Source: Asterias rubens (taxonomy: Eukaryota). From it: a stretch of 64,000 nucleotides of DNA. Positions 1 to 12,657 of this stretch are shown one piece after another (the stretch's first letter is position 1; each line of letters starts with the position of its first letter). The notes beneath the pieces were generated by a model that was not told the origin of the DNA, searched no databases, and saw only the letters and a list, made by a program, of their open reading frames with translations. The position numbers were made by a program, and so were the translations under genes. Location of the stretch: positions 3,906,001-3,970,000 of the forward strand of contig NC_047074.1 in the NCBI RefSeq assembly GCF_902459465.1. Reading direction: 5' to 3'.

Positions 1-48
1 TTATTATTTATTAATATTTGTTTTATGATTTGATATATCTTTGGTTAG

Positions 49-3000
49 TTTGAAGGTAGGAGGTACTGTGAGCATGACTTCCAAGTGCTGTTTGCTCCTT
101 GCTGTGGAAAATGTGGTAAGTTCCTAAGCCTATGCCATATAAGGACAAGACTCCTGTGCAATTTGCAATACATCCTTGTGCAGTTTATGACAAAACCAAA
201 CTAAAGCGAGAGGAAAAAAAAATCACTTTTTTTTTTGGGGGGGGGGGTTCAAATCTGCCAGATAGTTTTACTGACATTCAGTTCCTAAGCCTATGCCATA
301 TAAGGACAAGACTCCTGTGCATTTTGCAATACATCCTTGTGCAGTTTATGACAAAACCAAACTAAAGCGAGAGGAAAAAAAATCACTTTTTTTTTTTTTT
401 GGGGGGGGGGGTTCAAATCTGCCAGATAGTTTTACTGACATTCAGTACCAATAATTACACACACAAGTTTTTGTAATTATAATTGACCTTCCAATAGACA
501 CAGCTGTGTTATTTTAATGACTATCTAAGCCAGCCTACAATGTAAGCTCGTACATTAAGTGCATCTAGCAGTACACACATTTACATCTGCCTGACCCAGT
601 GATAAGATGGGACTGCATCCCCTCTGTTTTAAATCCTTCAACTCGGGAAAGAGGATATAGACCGTATCGAGTAACTCCTTTGTTGCTATTATAAAAAGTC
701 GCCATCTTGTAGGGCAGGCTGTATGCGCGTCTAAACACATAATTGAATGAAGCACACAGCATTCCCGGTTTGGTTTCTACGGCCAAGCACAGCGCCCACA
801 CGCACCTGCTTTCAGACGCCATGTTGAAGGGCAGGTATTTGAATGGTGACGTCATAATCGATATGGTCTAAAGACAAATTTTTGAGGGTTAGAGTTTCAA
901 TGGATTTTTGCTTCTTTACAGCACAACTTTTGGATAAAATCCTTTTATGTCACAACAATCCATGTCCGTTGCACTGGAGCAACGAAGACAGAATGTTTGT
1001 TGCCTTATATCCTCTGATTCCGATTCCCACTTTGTTATCTCTGATAGGAGAGTTTGTGATTGGTCGTGTGATCAAGGCAATGAATAACAACTGGCATGCA
1101 GAATGCTTCCGCTGTGAGCTTTGTACTGCCGTCCTGGCCGATACTGGATTTATTAAGAACAGAGGAAGGTAAATAGAAAACTTTGAATTTATTAAATGAG
1201 TAATACAATATTTTGACACTGCTCTAGATTTGATCATTGGTTCGAATCCCACCTGAGTAATATGCCTGTGATTTTGTGTATATGGGTGAAATTTAAATTA
1301 ATATAAAATTTTACTCATTTATTTACTTATTTTCTATCTTAGCCCCTCAGCCGTTTATTAGTACTTCTGGTCAACAAGTAAAAGTCGTACATGCAAAATG
1401 AGTTGTAGAATACCTTTAACCCTTTCATGCACCATATTTTAGTGATAAACTAAACCTATTGACACAGTAATTAATAACTTTTTTTTTCGCAAAAAGCGAC
1501 CCCCCCTAAAAACAGGTCACAATAACACCCTATAGGGTCCTCTTTATCATTCTGAAAACTGTTTGGTCGTGCGATCATTGTTTTTTGTTTTACAGCTATT
1601 TTTCTGAGGAGATTTAAACCGGTCGCTAAAGACCATTTGGTTTGTGAAAGAGTTCATTTTAATCAGTGTGATTTGTAAATTGTCAGTTTCCTTGTTTGTA
1701 TCGCTATATTTGTCATAGAAAACTCATCTTCCTACATGTTTTCTTTGCATTTACAGAGCTCTGTGTCGCCCATGTCATCTCAAAGAAAAAGCAGCAGGTA
1801 AAATACATACACATAATGTGACAGTGCTGAAGGACTTGATTTCGGGCCCCGATTTCATAACACTGATTAAATACCGCATACCAATATTCCCACAGGATCA
1901 TTTACTGAACTTACTTTGTGATTTTTTTTCCATTTTTGCAGGAAGTGGAAAGTATATCTGTTTCAAGTGCCAGTAAGTATCTCAATTACAATAACTTTTT
2001 TTCTTACAATTTTACGTGGCATGGCTGAGCGGATAAAAACACGTGGCTCAAGCTCATGTGTTTCTGCTCAGCAGAATGTTACTTCTAGTCCCGGTCGAGA
2101 CACTTGTGTCCTTAAGCAAGACAAATGACAATTTTTGCTATGTCCTTCGTTGGGATAAAAGCTGTTGGTCCCGTCTGTTGTGTAATGCATGTACAAGAAC
2201 CAAGTGCACTTATCAACAAGAGGAGTTCGCTTCAGTTTTCCTGGTTTGATCGTATTCATATTGTTTTGCAACAATAAGGTGCTCAAAGCGCTTGAACAAA
2301 GTCAGAGACTTTTTTAAACAGGTTTTTATGGTTTTTTTGTGATTTATAAGACCGATTTATATAGCACCTTATAAGGGTTGTGGTAGTTTTGAAAATAACA
2401 GCTGTGGTTAACAACTCAAAAAGTTTTGATCAGTGTGCTCTGATCGCCTTCTAAAGACGATCAGAGCATACGTTGAGTTGTTAAACCACAGCTGTTATTT
2501 TCAAAACCACTACAACTGAAGATTTGTAGCGTGGTGTGTCAGCAAGCTTCACTAGAATGCCTTAGAGTTTACAAATATGATTAATCTGTTTTATATAACA
2601 CCCAAGCCGATCCTTGCCATTTGATTGGAGGATTGTCCGTCACGTGATAGCAAATAAAAGTACCAATACACGCTGAGTCACTCACCATGCTTTTTCGTTC
2701 CATCCGAAAAGTACCATTGCACGCTGCCAGCGTGCAATGGTACTTTTCGGATGGAACGAAAAAGCTGAGTAAAAACATCACTGCGTGCGCGTTGTCTTCG
2801 GTAACCCAGCAAGGCATATTAGTAAAAATACTAGTATTCGTCTTCTACAATTAAAAATTGGAGGCCTACGCTTTGTTTGTTTTGAAAGTTGTATCTTTCA
2901 ATCAAAATGACAAAGATCTACTTGGATGTTATATAAAACAAATAATGAATGTTTTTCATTCGTGCAATGGTGCGAATATGTTCATTCGTTGAAAGCTGGA

Positions 3001-6000
3001 ATGTTCCATTCAACTCGGCTCCGCCTCGTTGAATAGAACATTCCATCTTTCAACTCATGAACATATTTGCACCATTGCACTCATAAACATTCATTATGTG
3101 TATATTATACAGTGGCCTGATTGAGGAGGATGGACACATTAAGTGGAAGATGGAGTATTATCACCCGTATCACTTCAACTGTTGCAAATGCGGGTAAGTA
3201 CAGCTGCATCAGAATAGCAATCTGTGACCTTCATTGCAAATGTTTAATCTGTACTATTTCCAATTCCCATACGTGTATTATGTACCTCTTTCTTTATGCT
3301 TTTGTCACCACTTGATCAATACAAACTACAATGACATGTAGGTGTAGAATTATATTCGTTAAAATCATTTCAATGTTCAAAGTTTTAATAAATTGTTATG
3401 ATGTAAGGTAAAAGCAATACATTTTGTTGTTAAAATGTATCTGGGATTCTTACTTACTCACACTGAACTTCAAGGAAAAAAAATTCTTTTATTGGTTCAT
3501 TGTATGAAAAATAGTAATGCAGGCCGCCTAAAATTCATTATACAGTTGCTTCACATCCAATAAGTCTGGTAATCGTCTCTCTGTTCCCCAGAATGCTCTC
3601 TGTCGCGACGTACAATCATGCGTACTTTCAAAATGTACTTTCATTGAATGTGTCATTCAAATTAAGGTCTTGCACTGAACAAGCACATGTATAAAACAAA
3701 AGTGTTTCCCTTTCTCGGAATTTCAAAATTGTACCGCTAATCCTACAAGTAATTAATATTTTGTCACATTACCCTTAACAGAGAAGAGTTGACTCCAAGT
3801 GCCCGTGAGCTGCGAGGGGAGCTGTATTGCCTACCATGTCATGACAAACAGGGAATACCCATCTGCGGTGCCTGCCATCGTCCTATTGAGGAGCGTATCG
3901 TCACTGCTCTGGGCAAACATTGGCATGTGGAGGTGAGTCAGCTACTATAGACCGTATTGGATATGACGTCACCGTTCAAATATTTGCCCTACAACATGGC
4001 GTCTGTGCGCGTGTGCGCGGGTGTCTGCGTACATGTGCTGTAGAAATCAAACCGGGAATGCTGCGTGCTTCATTGATGTACGCGTTTGGATGCGCATACG
4101 GTTTGCCCTACAAAATGGCGACTTTCATAGCAAAATGGGGGTTATTCACTACGGTCTATAACCAACCTTAGAGAGGATTAAACATGTTATTTCATGATGT
4201 ATGAATCAGGAATGTACGCCATGGAGTTACATGTATGTGACTGGCTCTATCAACACCTTAAACTTTGACGGGGTCCAAATCACTTATATTCATTTTGTGC
4301 AAAAGATGTCAAATCCTATTAGTATTTTTTTCATTCATTGTATTTATTTGTTTACTGTTTTTCCCCCACTTCACCTCCTCTGGTTGGTGTTTCTACTTAC
4401 ATTTGACAATTAGGGGCCTTAATAGTTTTAATATGGTGGTTCTTGTTTATATCGTTTGTGTACTGCTTTTACTTGCCATCTTTTGTTTGAATTTTCACTA
4501 CAATTTAAGATTTCTGTGTTATGTATGGTATTGACCCCATTCACCTGACGTCATCATCAGAATAATCTTGGATGCGTCATTTTGGTGGTCAATGTCAACG
4601 TGCGTTATACATTGAAGTGCGCACGCAAACCTAATCGCCCACCAATATGGTGAGCATGGCACAGTCGCCGCGCCGCGTGTGACGTGCGTGCAAGGAGTCA
4701 GTCTGAATTTGTACTCTTTTTATGATTAAGGTCTATTTACAAATAAGGACAGGGGACCAATCTACGTACACACGTGCATGTTTTTCATTGTTTGTCCTCG
4801 TTTGTCCTCGGCGATTAGGCCAAATGCAATGGGTCTGTCGGGGAGTGATCCTGACTCGAGGATTTCATCTTGCGACACAGAAGTACGTCTTTACATGTCT
4901 TGACTACTTTTTGTTTGTTTCTGTTTTCTTTGCAGCACTTTGTGTGCGCTCGTTGTGAGAAGCCATTTCTTGGTCATAAGCATTATGAGCGTAACGGCAA
5001 GGCCTACTGTGAGATCCACTACAACCTGGTAAAACAACTACTCCGTTTGTTAACAAAAACTCATTCTTTTGTAAATATCTTGAGTACTATAGGATCTATC
5101 GCTTACCTTCAACAGTCAGTACTCGATATTTGTCATATTTGTATAATTTTGGAAAATAGAAACAACATTTATTTACAAATCTAAATGACATGTTGTAGAA
5201 ATGCAGAAAGTGATAATTGTATTGTATTACATGTATGTTTGATTCCAAACTGGAACACACCCCATAACCCTGGGGAGGGTAACAATATAATAAAAACATG
5301 GCCCCTGCATTTGACTCCAGTACAGTCCTAGAGAAAGGCTCGGCTAGAGTCAAAATATGAGGCCATATTATTTGTTGAACTTTTGTTCGTACCTGTTTTT
5401 ATACTAGAGACAAGATATACTCATCTAGTGTTATAAATACCTTCAAGATAGACCTTTTGCTGACTCCTTACTTTAAACTTCTGCTCCAGACTTAAGTGTT
5501 GTACCTGCAACATTTAAAAAAAAGAACAATTGTTTTAAAAAGAGAGACACACTGCAAGAATCATATTTGTTTCATTGAAGGCAGTGGACACTATTGGTAA
5601 TTGTCAAAATAATTATCATCATAAAACCTTTCTTGATTAAAGCCATTGTACACTTTCGTCACAGATTTACAAATAATTTACAGGGTTTACAGAAGGTAAT
5701 GGTGAAAGACTTTTCTTGAAATATTATTCCATGAAATGCTTTACTTTTTGAGAAAACATTAAAACAATATCAATTCTCGATAGCGAGAACTACGGATTTA
5801 TTTTATACACATGTCATGACACGGCGAAACGTGGGGAAACAAGGGTGGGTTTTCCTGTTATTTTCTCCCGACTCCGATGACCGATTGAGCCTAAATTTTC
5901 ACAGGTTTGTTATTTTATATATAAGTTGTGGTACACGAAGTGTGAGCCTTTGACAATATTGTTTACCGAATGTGTCCAATGGCTTTAAGAGTAATGGGGA

Positions 6001-8927
6001 GAGGTTGATGGTACAAAATATTGTGAGAAACAGCTCCCCCTGAAGTGACGTAGTTTTCGAGAAGAATTTGATTTCGAGACCTCAAGTTTAGAATTTGAGG
6101 TCTCGAAATCAAGCATCAGAAAGCACACAACTTTGTGTGACAAGGTTGTTTTTATCTTTCATTATTATCTCGCAAATTCGGCGACCGATTGAGCTCAAAG
6201 GTTTGTTATTTTATGCATATGTTGAGATACACCAAGTGAGAAGACTGGTCTTTGACAATTACCAATAGTGTCCATTGTCTTTAAGTATTTGTTGAATGGT
6301 AGAAAACTCAACGCAATTGAAGAATCTATGCAGTATTAGTTGAATACAAAGAACAAATTCCACTTTCAAAAACGAGTGTAATATCTCTATGGTACAATAT
6401 TTATGTTGTTTTGGATAATCGGGGGAAAACAAATCTCATGGAGAACAGGAAATTCAGGAATAATAAGAGTGCTATTCCAATAATGATTTAGTGAAAGAGG
6501 GTAAAGCTCGATCAATGTTAGGGTATGTGTGGAGAAAAGAAAGACATGACAATTTTTGCAGAGATGGAACCTTTTTTGTTTTTTAATTTGCAGCTTTTTG
6601 GAAACATGTGCTTCTACTGCAACAAGCCTATCACCTCAGAGAGTAAGTCTGCTCATTTTAATTCGATCTTTCTGTTGAACTTTTCCCGCTTTCAAACAAT
6701 TCTATGAGAAGGACACAATCTTTCTGTAGTAAAGTTTGAAGATTTGAAAGTTTGCACGGTGGGAATATACAATCAAGTGAGGTTTGAGCTATGGTGGTTC
6801 TGAGTTGTGAAACCACCTGGGCCCAATTTCATAGAGCTGCTAAGCACAAAAATTTGCTAAGCATGATATTTATCCCTTGATAAAAACAGGATAACCAACC
6901 AAATTTCCACGTGATTTTCAGGACAAGCAAACAACATCTGAATACCAGTAACAAGCAATGTGCAATAAATGGCAATATGGTTGGTAATCCTGTTTTTATC
7001 AAAAAAGAAATTCCATGCTAAGCAAATTTTCGTGCTTAGCAGCTTTATGAAATTGGGCCCAGTTCTTTTCAGAACCACCACAGCTCATAGAGATAGTTAA
7101 TTTACTTTGTGTCTCTGCAAATCGCACTTGATAGTTTTGATTGTGAACAACAACACAGTACCATTCCTTTTTTTATACTAATTGTCATTTGAGTCAACCA
7201 AAATGCCAGTTTTTAGAGTCTACCGTTCTTCCTAAAACATTTTGGTGTAAAATGACCTAAAACACACATTTGACAGTGGTTTTGTTTCAAGTTTGGGTCA
7301 AATTTTGTTCAATTGTTAAACACAATAATGGTGCAGAAACTTGGTAAGCAAACATAAAATTTGCTCAGTAGGACAAGCTTCCCAGGATTACATGTCAAGT
7401 CTCTTATGGTAACTGATTCCCGGCTGACTATTGCTAAATAGCCAAGTTTGCTAAGCAAGATTTGATAAATGCCTTTGATGGTTCTTTACAGTGATGTGTA
7501 CTATGAACAAGACATGGTGTGAGGATCATTTCTTCTGCTCCGCGTGTGATACCCTTCTTAGTGCTAAGTGAGTATGGACTATGTATAACATCAAGCTAAT
7601 ATGATACTTATTGCATTTGGAGTCACTGTCATAGTCAAGCAGTCTGATCCGGCATGCATACACCATGTAACCAAGTAAGCCTCTAGTCCTTCAGTCCAGC
7701 ATGGAGGTAGAATCTAATTCTACCTCCATGAGTCAAGTGTACTAAGTAAGCAGATATCAAGGTTTATCACTCACTAGTGCACCAGACGTCCAGCTGGTGT
7801 TGTCAGAAGGGTGGGTTCAGGTTCAGGTGATGACACTTGTGTTCTCGAGCAACACACAAAACCATAAAAATTGCTTTGTCCTTTGGATGGGACGCTAAGC
7901 TGTAATAAGTCCTGTTTGTCATGTAAAGTGTTATGTACGTACAAGAACCCAGTACATGTTTCATACTCTTCATCAGTGTTGTAGCCACAGTGGGCGGTGC
8001 TGGGCGAGCCTGCCCAGGACTTACATTTTTTTGCCCAGCACTCTGAGCAAAATACAATGTGTCGCCCAGCACAGACTTAAAAAAAATGTCCTCTTTGCAT
8101 TGATTTGAGACACAGCTGATGATAAGGAGTATCAAATGTCACAGAGAAAGAACACAATCAAAAGGCCATTCAACTTGATGCATGGCCCCATAACACAAAC
8201 AGCAATAATGACCGCATAATTTAACATGAACAATTTTGTTGATCCCCTTGCTCTTGGTAGACTTCCAACAAAATTTGATTTATTGCCCACCACTAAAACT
8301 GGTCTAGCTACAACACTGCTCTTCATTCTCCTGACGTTAACTAGAGCAGGGTAGTCAAATAGTGACCTATTAAGAACTCGCTCCATGGTAGTGAATTTAG
8401 TTACGAGAAGTCCCTTTGATCCACTTGGCGAAAGTACTAGTCCTGGCTGATTTCCTAGCTTCCAGGAAATAAATAGTAAGCAGGACAGTTCTTTTCAGAA
8501 CTAAGTTTCCCCCGAATTCCGAAATCTACTCAGCGGCAGTAGAATAAATAGCGAGACAACATTTTAAGGAACAAAGTCTACACCACAGCGTAAAATATAC
8601 ACGTGGTGTTACTGCAACAACAAAAACGATTCCAAAACCAAAAGTATACCCTAGGTATACTTTTCTTCCACTTTCCCTCACATGTTGAGGCAATGTATGT
8701 TGGAACTGGAAATACTCAAACTTGTGTGAGACTGATCTAGTCTATTCTGGATTGGAATTTTGATCTAGCCTCTTTCATGTCTTTCACATTACAGGAGCAA
8801 GTTTATTGAGTTTGATCTGAAGCCGGTCTGCAAGAAGTGCTACGACAAGTTCCCCAATGAGCTAAAGAGAAGACAGAAGAAAGTCGAGACAACCAGCAAG
8901 AAGTACGGCAAGGCAGAGAGCAAGTAA
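49..8927 (+). CDS. LIMS1: PINCH / LIM and senescent cell antigen-like domain protein (LIMS1/2-like), 5'-partial, 10 coding exons in window
   Basis: Exons 49-115, 1048-1168, 1757-1797, 1942-1972, 3113-3193, 3782-3932, 4936-5028, 6594-6642, 7492-7567, 8795-8927, all AG/GT bounded and phase-compatible (843 nt = 280 aa + TAA). Translation [45 protein letters not shown]...[74 protein letters not shown]...[28 protein letters not shown] matches the PINCH LIM1(end)-LIM5 sequence as I know it. An invertebrate gene would be co-orthologous to LIMS1 and LIMS2. Confidence 0.96.
121..445. repeat. Two-copy tandem duplication (~161-164 bp unit) at the start of the first PINCH intron in the window
   Basis: 121-281 and 282-445 are near-identical, differing mainly in homopolymer T/G/A run lengths. 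Confidence 0.95.
656..870. mobile_element. MITE with TATAGACCG-type terminal inverted repeats; inverted sister copy at 3946-4160, related termini at 16557-16768
   Basis: Ends tatagaccg...tggtcta. The interior is the reverse complement of 3946-4160 (shared ccgggaatgctg, caacatggcg, tgacgtca). Confidence 0.75.
1420..1652. mobile_element. piggyBac-like MITE
   Basis: TTAA|CCCTTTCA... at the left and ...TGAAAGAG|TTCA at the right. TTAA plus CCC termini is the piggyBac signature; the right end is degenerate. Confidence 0.5.
2016..2297 (+). mobile_element. tRNA-derived SINE (degenerate copy of the 13133-13548 family)
   Basis: gtggcatggctgagcgg A-box-like head, gtgtccttaagcaagac core, tgttgtgtaatgcatgtacaagaaccaagtgcacttatc shared with the 13.3 kb copy. 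Further fragments at 7832-7955 and 21455-21630. Confidence 0.75.
2942..3097. repeat. ~156-bp foldback (hairpin) element
   Basis: Arms 2942-3014 and 3028-3097 are reverse complements (ataatgaatg...ccattcaac / gttgaatag...cattcattat) with a 13-nt loop. Confidence 0.85.
3946..4160. mobile_element. MITE, TATAGACCG...CGGTCTATA family (inverted copy of 656-870)
   Basis: Perfect 9-bp terminal inverted repeat. It starts 13 nt after a PINCH splice donor. Confidence 0.8.
5579..6280. mobile_element. Kolobok/T2-like TTAA MITE (family A) interrupted by a nested family-B MITE
   Basis: TIR aggcagtggacactattggtaatt...aattaccaatagtgtccattgtct|TTAA. TTAA target plus RR (AG) termini is the Kolobok / Xenopus T2-MITE signature. 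Confidence 0.85.
5641..5984. mobile_element. Nested TTAA MITE (family B)
   Basis: TTAA(5637-5640)|AGCCATTGTACACTTTCG...CGAATGTGTCCAATGGCT|TTAA(5985-5988): an exact target-site duplication inside family A. Confidence 0.9.
6819..7060. mobile_element. Palindromic MITE, GGCCCAATTTCATAGAGCTGCTAAGC family (F)
   Basis: ~40-bp TIRs with CTG/CAG flanks. Inverted sister copy at 12693-12933; degenerate pieces near 10448 and 56600-56705. Confidence 0.85.
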
Positions 8928-9116
8928 ACCCGAGACATGGGTCGTATGAGGACCTCAATCTCTAGGGGTAGAGATGGGGGTACAGGGGAAGGTTATGGGG
9001 CCGTTAGGTGGTAGAGTAGGGAGGATTGGGAGGGTAGTAGTGGAAGAGATTAAGGTGGAAATAAGGAGGATTTGAATCTTTGCATGGTGGAAATACGATA
9101 TGGAAAGGTTTGTGGT

Positions 9117-9345
9117 AACCGTTGGTTTCAACTCGACGTTTCGATCAGTATGCTCTTAAAAAAACCATTGGTTTCAACTCGATGTTGCGATCAGTATGCT
9201 CTGAGAAGAACCGTTGGTTTCAACTCGTCGTTTCGATCAGTATACTCTTATCAGAGCATACTGATTAAAACGTCGAGTTGAAGCCAATGGTTCTTTTCAG
9301 AACCAGCCCAACTCATTTAGAGATAGTCATTACATGGTGTTACCG
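9117..9345. repeat. Tandem/inverted array of ~48-bp units (ccgttggtttcaactcgacgtttcgatcagtatgctct) downstream of the PINCH stop
   Basis: Three direct units followed by one inverted unit. Related copies at 2384-2520, 53135-53255 and 62966-63030. Confidence 0.8.
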
Positions 9346-9587
9346 CAAACCTTTTCATAAGGTGAAAATAAGGAGTCTACATTTGCAGTAAATTGAAAAC
9401 GGGTCAACCTGAGACACTGCTACTGGTACTAATTTTAGGTTGAAATGGCCAATCTGAAATGGTGTCTAAACTGGTTGCTATAAGTCTGAGGAATACAAAT
9501 TTAAGCAGAAATGTGCTACTAAGCAGGTCAATGTACCAGACATGCAAATCTAACTCGCAAATGGGGATTGTCCATAGGGATCTCTTT

Positions 9588-9831
9588 GGGTGCGTTCGTT
9601 TAGCTTCCCTGGGTCGTCCCTGGTCTGCCCCGGTACGTTCGAATAGCTTTGACGGGGCTCACCCGGGTCAGCCCCCAGTGCCCTGCTTGTGGAGTGGGTC
9701 ACTTGGGGGTGACCCGAGGTGCATGGCATCACCACTAGAGGGTGGGTGTAATCGTTCGATCAGCTCTTGTCAGGGGCTCACTTGAGTGATCACTGCGGGG
9801 TCGACCCAGGGAAAGCTTATCGAACGCACCC
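9588..9831. mobile_element. MITE with GGGTGCGTTCGTTTAGCTTCCCTGGGTCG TIRs (family D)
   Basis: ~29-bp TIRs. The interior is the reverse complement of the copies at 23449-23684 and 32602-32853. Confidence 0.85.
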
Positions 9832-12657
9832 ATAGTAAGTTGTACAGAACATTACCCAAGTGCGAATGGCCTGGAAGGAAAGTGTATAGTAAAACAAAGC
9901 TATTGCCCACATGAGAGTAGAAGAGAAGTGTATGCCAACTAATGACCACAACATATTTTCATACTGACACCAATTTATCTCAGTAGTGACTAAATCTTAA
10001 TATTATAAACTAATCATCTTGTTTACTAAATATTAGTAAAGCTAACCTAGGAAAATCTGAGTCTTTTTCCCGCAGTTGTGTCATAACAGTTTGAGATGAA
10101 ATTCTGAATGGTATTTCATGTAGGTTGTTTATATGCATAGTTTTATTTAATGTGTACATACATAGCTAACAGCATTAACACCGCATGTTTCCGCATAGCT
10201 TGCTCTTGTACTGTTAGGGTTATTTTTTATACTTAAATACTATTTAGAGCATTCCCAGGCAGATACCCTGCTGGCATGTCCCACTCTCACTGTACTTAAA
10301 GAAAGCATTTGTGGTATAAATAGACCAACATGTGGTTATCCCACAAATCTTTCAATTTGCCAAAGTCAGTTTAAAAAAAAATAAAGTGTCGGTCAAGTTT
10401 TTAGAACAAGGTCCAAATTTATTGCTTCTGGAAAACGAAACTGAGTGGGGCCCAATTTTATAGAGCTGCTTTGATGCGCATAAAGTATGCCTAGACATTT
10501 TCTGCTAAGCAAGTATAATTGGGATGGATACCAATTGTACATGTACAGTCACAAATTGTATACGGGAAATGGTATTTTGGCTGGTAATTCTGGTAGTTTG
10601 GTTCAGTTGTGCTTAGTTACTTTGTTTAGATCTATTAAATTGAGCCCTGGATGTACTTGTCTGGTAGGTCCAAACAAATGGGATCAAATTTGTAAAAAAA
10701 ACTACCAGACTAAAGTTCCCAACCGAATGTCACATGTATCATTTGTGACTGGTTTCCTGCTTGTTTTTTTTTTTTTTTTTTTTTTTTTAAATGTCTGCTT
10801 AAGTAGCTCTTATTTGGTTTTTGAAAGGGCAAAGACAAAACAATTTTCAGGTCTATGAAATCAGGCAGTGAAATAGCGTCTCCCTTCAATTTATGACCTT
10901 CTATCTTTCTAGAGTGACTATTAAAAAATTAAATTGTTAAACTTAGGTTAAATTTATCAATCAATACAATTTAGACTATATCTAGGATGACTTTATGTTA
11001 TTATCTTTATCTATGCATGATGATGAATAAGACTTTTTTAAAGCAACCAATGCTTGTGTTTTGTTTCATGTTCTTTGTGGGACATTTAAACTTTTAAGTT
11101 TACTTTCAGACACTTTATAAAGTTTGGCATGGTGGTCATGGGTTGTGATGGGTCATGCGATGGTGTTGAATGCATATCTGGAGGTCATCTTGATTTGAAT
11201 GTTTTCAACCCATAGCTAGGGTTTCAAACCCGGTCAACATTTAGTGGGATCAAGGATCACAGAAATTGAGTCAGGCTCATTCTGGGTCAGTATGACCCGG
11301 ATTCTGTGTCAGAACTACGTTTCTGTATCAAAAATTACCCGAAACTCGGTAAAGGTGATGCAGAAACAGAGTAAACAATCAAGATTCGGACCACTTGAAG
11401 GGCCAGCCTGACCCAGGCACCATGGGACCTGGTATCTGACCTGGGACTTTTCTAAGCTATTAAATCACTCCAGGGTTAGCCTGACCCAGGACCGGATCAA
11501 GCCCCTTGTGACCCTTAATCTGATCCAGGAGTTCCTAGGGTATTTAAGTGAATTAGAAGCAGAAGAAAAAAACGTTCCCTCAAATGACCCAAATGAGTCG
11601 ACGATAAACCTGTTGGCATTATTTATTCTCACACACCCCTCCACTCCTCAACTAGTTGACAATTTTTGTTTTTATTAAAGCCTATCTAGATTCATACATA
11701 AGTAGCATTATTATGAGTTTGCTTTTTAGGAACTGTCAACATTGTCAAGTACTGTAACCTTATCTTTACTATTTTGCACTGGGTATTACGTTTATATGTT
11801 TGCGGTAACACCATACTTGCTGAGTATTATTATATTCTTTTGAGAACCTGTCTTGGTATATTATATTCTACTACCGCGGGGAGTATATTTTTCGGAATAT
11901 ACAGCAAGTTTGGAGACCAAAGACAAAACAACAAAGGGGAAACAAAGGGACCAAACCGGGGTACTCCACCAGGCAGTTTGTGTACAAAGTCTAAAGGAAA
12001 TCTATTCAGCGCAGGGGGAAATGAGAGAGCAAAAAATGCTCCACAAGGATGCATTTTTTAGAATGGCTGGTTCCACACTGTGTGTGCAGTGCTTGCTCAT
12101 CATTCACACACTTGCTGCAACACACAGTTGCAATCACTCTGTGGACATTCGTTTGGTGTGTAAGTTCACATAGTTTTTAAAAACCCTTGTGAGCCTCTTT
12201 CGTTCTCATGTCCACACTTCGTATGTAATGCTTGACCACTTTTACACAATAATAAAAACACAACATTTAGCAAGGACTTTATAAAGTTTCTCGCACTTGC
12301 ATGATCGTAACTCTATCATCAAATCGATCAGAATATCGGCAATTTTTGATCATTTAACCATCCAACCCAACCCCACTTCATAACTGAGTACACAATGGCT
12401 CCACCCCACCACCACAACCGACACTGGCCGTCAAACTGGGGTTTATGAATATAGTGTTTATACATAACGATAACAATCTATGTGATAATGTGTTTGTGAT
12501 GTTTGGTTTCATGTCAGCAAACAATCAAATCATCGTGTTTTACAAAAAGCAAGTACTCACGTGACCTCAACTGTCCAAAGGTTAGTATAACGTGTAACTC
12601 ACACTTTATACTGCTGTGTGGATGATAAAAATAAGCATGGGCGTTCAGCAAACTTAA

